A stretch of DNA of 61,676 nucleotides, counting the filler, from Hausera hauseri (lineage: Eukaryota), in NCBI GenBank assembly GCA_046269625.1. It is 11 parts of 11 records of this genome, joined end to end, with 100 filler letters (N's around TTAATTAATTAA, not from the genome) between each part and the next. Parts side by side here need not be neighbours in the genome. Positions count along the whole stretch, not along the records: positions 56,585 to 61,676 come from JBJURY010338380.1; 10 more parts are not named here. One strand, written 5' to 3'. Each line of letters begins with the position of its first letter. Position 1 is the stretch's first letter. The notes under the pieces are model-generated. The model was not told where the DNA came from. It saw only the letters and a program-made list of their open reading frames with translations, and ran no database searches. Position numbers and translations under genes: made by a program. Shown here piece after piece: positions 58,010-61,676 of the stretch.

Positions 58010-61000
58010 ATAAAGGAAAGGAAATAGGGCGAAGTATGGATCCCAGTGGATGAAGACATTCCGCCTAGAACCAAAATGATAATTTTCGCACAAATCCATC
58101 AAGAGGAAAATTTACCAGTATATTTCGAACCTCAAGAAAATATCGATTTAAACCTTATGATTTGTAATATTTTATGTAGAGTAATGACGGGACGAATACC
58201 TATCAGATTAGTGAACAATGCACCAATTCCCGTAAGATTGCACATGAACACTACTTTAGGTCACAGTTGTAGAGTATCGGCTGTGACAATAGAGGAGAAA
58301 CCATACACGTGTGCTGAATTTCCACCACATGTTAAAACAAAATTCTATCCTGAGGTGTATTGCAAGTTCTTCGAATTACTATGTAAATACCGGTCAATAA
58401 TCTCACAAAATGAGGAAGACATAGGCAGAGCAAAAGCCCTGAGATTAACAATCCAATTAAAAAAGAAATCCGGTTCAAATGACGAAATCGATCTAGAAGA
58501 ACAGAAAATGTCCAAATGGTAACCACCTCCTCATTCGCTGAGGCCAGAGATAACTAAAGAGGTAGAGCGGATGTTAAAGGCCGACATAATTCGACAAAGT
58601 TACCGATCATGGTACTCACCTATAGTCATGGTTAAAAAGAAAGGAACCACGAAACATAGATTCTGTATCGATTACCGGGCATTACACACGCTGATTATGA
58701 AAGACTCGTTCCCACTACCATCAGTAAAAGAGGCACTAGATAGACTATCAGGAGCGAAATGGTTTACCATTCTCGACTTACAATCAGGATACTGGCAAGT
58801 GTAAATCGAAGATGAAGGTCGATATAAGGCAGCATTCAAAACACACGATGGCGTATACGAATTTAATGTTATGCCTTTTGGCATCACCACAGGACCAGCT
58901 ATTTTTACGAGAATTATGAACAAGATGCTCATGAAATTTGATCATGCTTTCGCGTACTTAGACAACGTGATAATAGCATCAAAAACAAAAGAAAAACACT
59001 TAAAGGACATTGAGGATACACTCATGCGACTAGAACAAGCAGGGTTGAAACTAAGTCCAAAGAAATGTAAATGGGCACAAAACGCAGTATCGTACCTCGG
59101 ACACGTAGTTGGAGAAGGAGGATCAAAACCGGAAAAGTCCCTGCTAGATAAAATACCCGATGTTATGGAACCACATAATCAAAAAGAGTTAAGACACTGG
59201 TTAGGTCTATGTGGATATTACGCCACTTACGTACCAGACAATTCAAAAATTAACGCGCCACTATATCGCCTACTCAAAAAAAGAACTAAGTGGAGATACA
59301 CAGAAGTGGAACAAAAAGCATTCGACGAAATGAAGAAAGTTTTGACAAGCGAACCAGTTCTAAAATACCCGGATTTTAACCTACCATTCATCATTAAAAC
59401 AAATGCAAGTAAAGAAGATATAAGATACGAATTAGCTCAGAAACGAGAAGACGAAGAATTAGAACATCCAATAGCCTATGGGGGACGCTCGTTAAAGAAA
59501 GCAGAAAAGAATTATTTGGCTACCGAATTAGAAACGTTAGCCTTAAAAGAAGCACTACGACAGTTTAATGTCTATGTCTATGGATAAAAGATTATCATAG
59601 TGACTGATTACAAAGCAGTTACAACATTGAAAGGACGAGCTAATAACCCAACGTGTAGATTAAACCGCTGGATCGAAGAAATATCACGATATAACATTGA
59701 ATTTCAATACAAACCGGGTAACAAACACGTCGACGCCGATGCACTGTTAAGATTAAAGACAAAAACGAGTGCCACAATAAAATCACCACAATAAAAAAGC
59801 CACAACTCGAACAGTTGATTGAACGGCAGAGAACTCTAATATCGGATAAGATGATTAGAATTACAGCCGAGCAGGCTAAAGACACGGTTATTCAGCAAAT
59901 TATCGAGTCCGTACAAAACAACGAAATGTCCAAAGGACGACAACTGAAAAAGAATCTACAAAAACATGGATATAAATATCATGCATCGAACCAAGATAAT
60001 ATCCTATATTACGAGCGAAAAGGAAGAAGACTAGTAGTTATTCCAAAAAGACTGCGCATCGAAGTACTCATGGCCGAACATGACTCGTATTTAGCTGGAC
60101 ACATGTCTTGGAAGAAGACATTGGAAAGAATATTGAATGAATACTATTGGTCAAGCATTTATATCGATGTATAACGTCCCAGATAGATCCATGCAAGCCA
60201 TGTCTATGGATATAGCAGGACCCGTGCCGAAAACTCATAAAAATAACAGATAAATCCTAACATGAGTGGATCGATTAACGCATTTCGTCGAACTAGTAGC
60301 ACTATTAGATCAAAAGGCAGAAACTTTAGCCGACGCAGTGGTAAGAAAAATCATCTGCATATACGGATCACCAGAACCAACCTCAGCGGATAGAGGAAGA
60401 AACTTTACAAGCGAATTATTCGAAAAAATTACCAAGATATTCGAAATTGAACGTTTAACCACTACCGCGTACCACCCCCAATGTAATGGAATGGTCGAGC
60501 GGATGAACACAACAGTCATTCGGATATTATCAACAGTAGTGGCAAAAGATCAAAAGGATTGGGGTGAATTCCTAGAAGGCACACAATTTGCAATCAATAC
60601 GACACCACATCCAGCAACAGAATTTACACCGTTCTTTATGATGTACGGACGAGAAGCAATCTTACCCACAGATCTAGGTATGACACCCTATGAAAAGGAT
60701 CTCGGGGACCTCGAGCAAAACTTTGTGTAAGTTCTACAGACAAGGCTGCAAAAGTGTTGGGAAGTTGCAAAAACATTATCACGTGAATATCAGGAACAAA
60801 TTAAAAACAATATGATAAAAAGATTAAACCCCATGATCTGAAAAAGGGAAATTGGGATTATATACATTACCTAGTCGCGAAAAAAGGTACATCCTTGAAA
60901 TTAACACTCACCGGAAGAGAACCATATGAAATCGTCCGCACAACACCAACCACAGTCTATGTTAACAAAAATGGTAAACAGGAAGTCGTATCAATCCAAA

Positions 61001-61676
61001 AAGTAATTAAAACATATATAAGACCAGCGAAACACTACAATCTAAGACAGCGGGGAAATAATACTTCGTCGATTGTCACTAGACCAGTATCTTATAAGCA
61101 GATAATAGTAGCCTTATCGCTGATTGCTGTCCTAACGCCAAAGTCAAATGCCCAATGGTGGGTCGATAAAACTTCACTGAACGATATATATGGAATCAGG
61201 AAGATTGAGTTAAAACCTTTACCACCGAAGGAGAAAACTCCAGAACACAAATCAGAACAAAGGGGCGAAAAATTTTTACGAGCAATTAAACTAGATTATT
61301 TTTCGCCAGAAGCCTCATGTGTCGGGTTTAGGATACCAGGACCATATAAGGGGCAAATCCAGATACTTTTCCGTGACCTATTAAGTCAAACAAAGTCTGA
61401 TTGTGAATTCGAGCCAGAAGATGATAGGATTTGTTGCAGCGTAGAATACGGACATTCTTACGCCCTCAGTTATCGTTTATATTTACCAAACTGTAATAAA
61501 GTACACTCTGAAAAAAATCTGAATTCACATTTAGTTATACCACAAACTTATGGAGATTATCTCAACATAGAGTTAGAAGACATGCTACAGACCCTTGACC
61601 CATTAAAACGAATGCTAGATTAAAATATAGCTAGAATAATGGAAAACCCAAAGGACAACTGTATCCAAATAAACAC
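58010..61676 (+). mobile_element. Degenerate Ty3/Gypsy pol (RT-RH-IN) running in-frame into a signal peptide and a Cys-containing env-like region
   Basis: SPIVMVKK..FCIDYR, LDLQSGYWQ, AYLDNV, TELETLA, HPQCNGMVER, GREPY and HYNLR, then IIVALSLIAVLTPKSNA-Q. Several stops and frameshifts; high similarity to 10867-14620. Confidence 0.92.

Noticed and set aside
58046-58290. dUTPase-like segment between protease and RT in the Gypsy family
   Set aside because: Resembles the common degenerate PR-RT spacer of many Gypsy elements, and no catalytic dUTPase motifs are visible.

Overview
This is not one locus. It is 11 eukaryotic assembly contigs joined by 100-nt artificial spacers (N44-TTAATTAATTAA-N44): 1-5868, 5969-10766, 10867-15082, 15183-19888, 19989-28045, 28146-32953, 33054-37774 (with a true 100-N scaffold gap at 35822-35921), 37875-44055, 44156-48564, 48665-56484 and 56585-61676. 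Mobile DNA dominates: five Ty3/Gypsy LTR retrotransposons (two near-intact, three degenerate or partial), a vertebrate/fish-type endogenous retrovirus (intact gag and pol, eroded env), a CR1/L2-group LINE with intact ORF2, a decayed Polinton/adintovirus-type PolB, Tc1/mariner and hAT-like remnants, and a foldback MITE. The host genes are serpin exons and a DDX47/RRP3-like helicase lacking its DEAD core; both carry ~40-50 nt mini-introns. The most unusual signal is a multi-copy CRESS-type rolling-circle element with no recognisable capsid. Its HUH-endonuclease/SF3-helicase Rep and an unknown second gene each carry a predicted host-style mini-intron (37895-40159). An internally deleted relative lies at 34489-35381, next to repeated palindromes and inside a direct duplication, and a divergent HUH-only relative lies at 585-1010. 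Two other highlights are a 2H-phosphoesterase-like domain between PR and RT in the ERV Pol, and a Gypsy family whose integrase reads in-frame into a signal peptide followed by copy-specific cargo. All family assignments come from motif recognition by eye; no database search was run.
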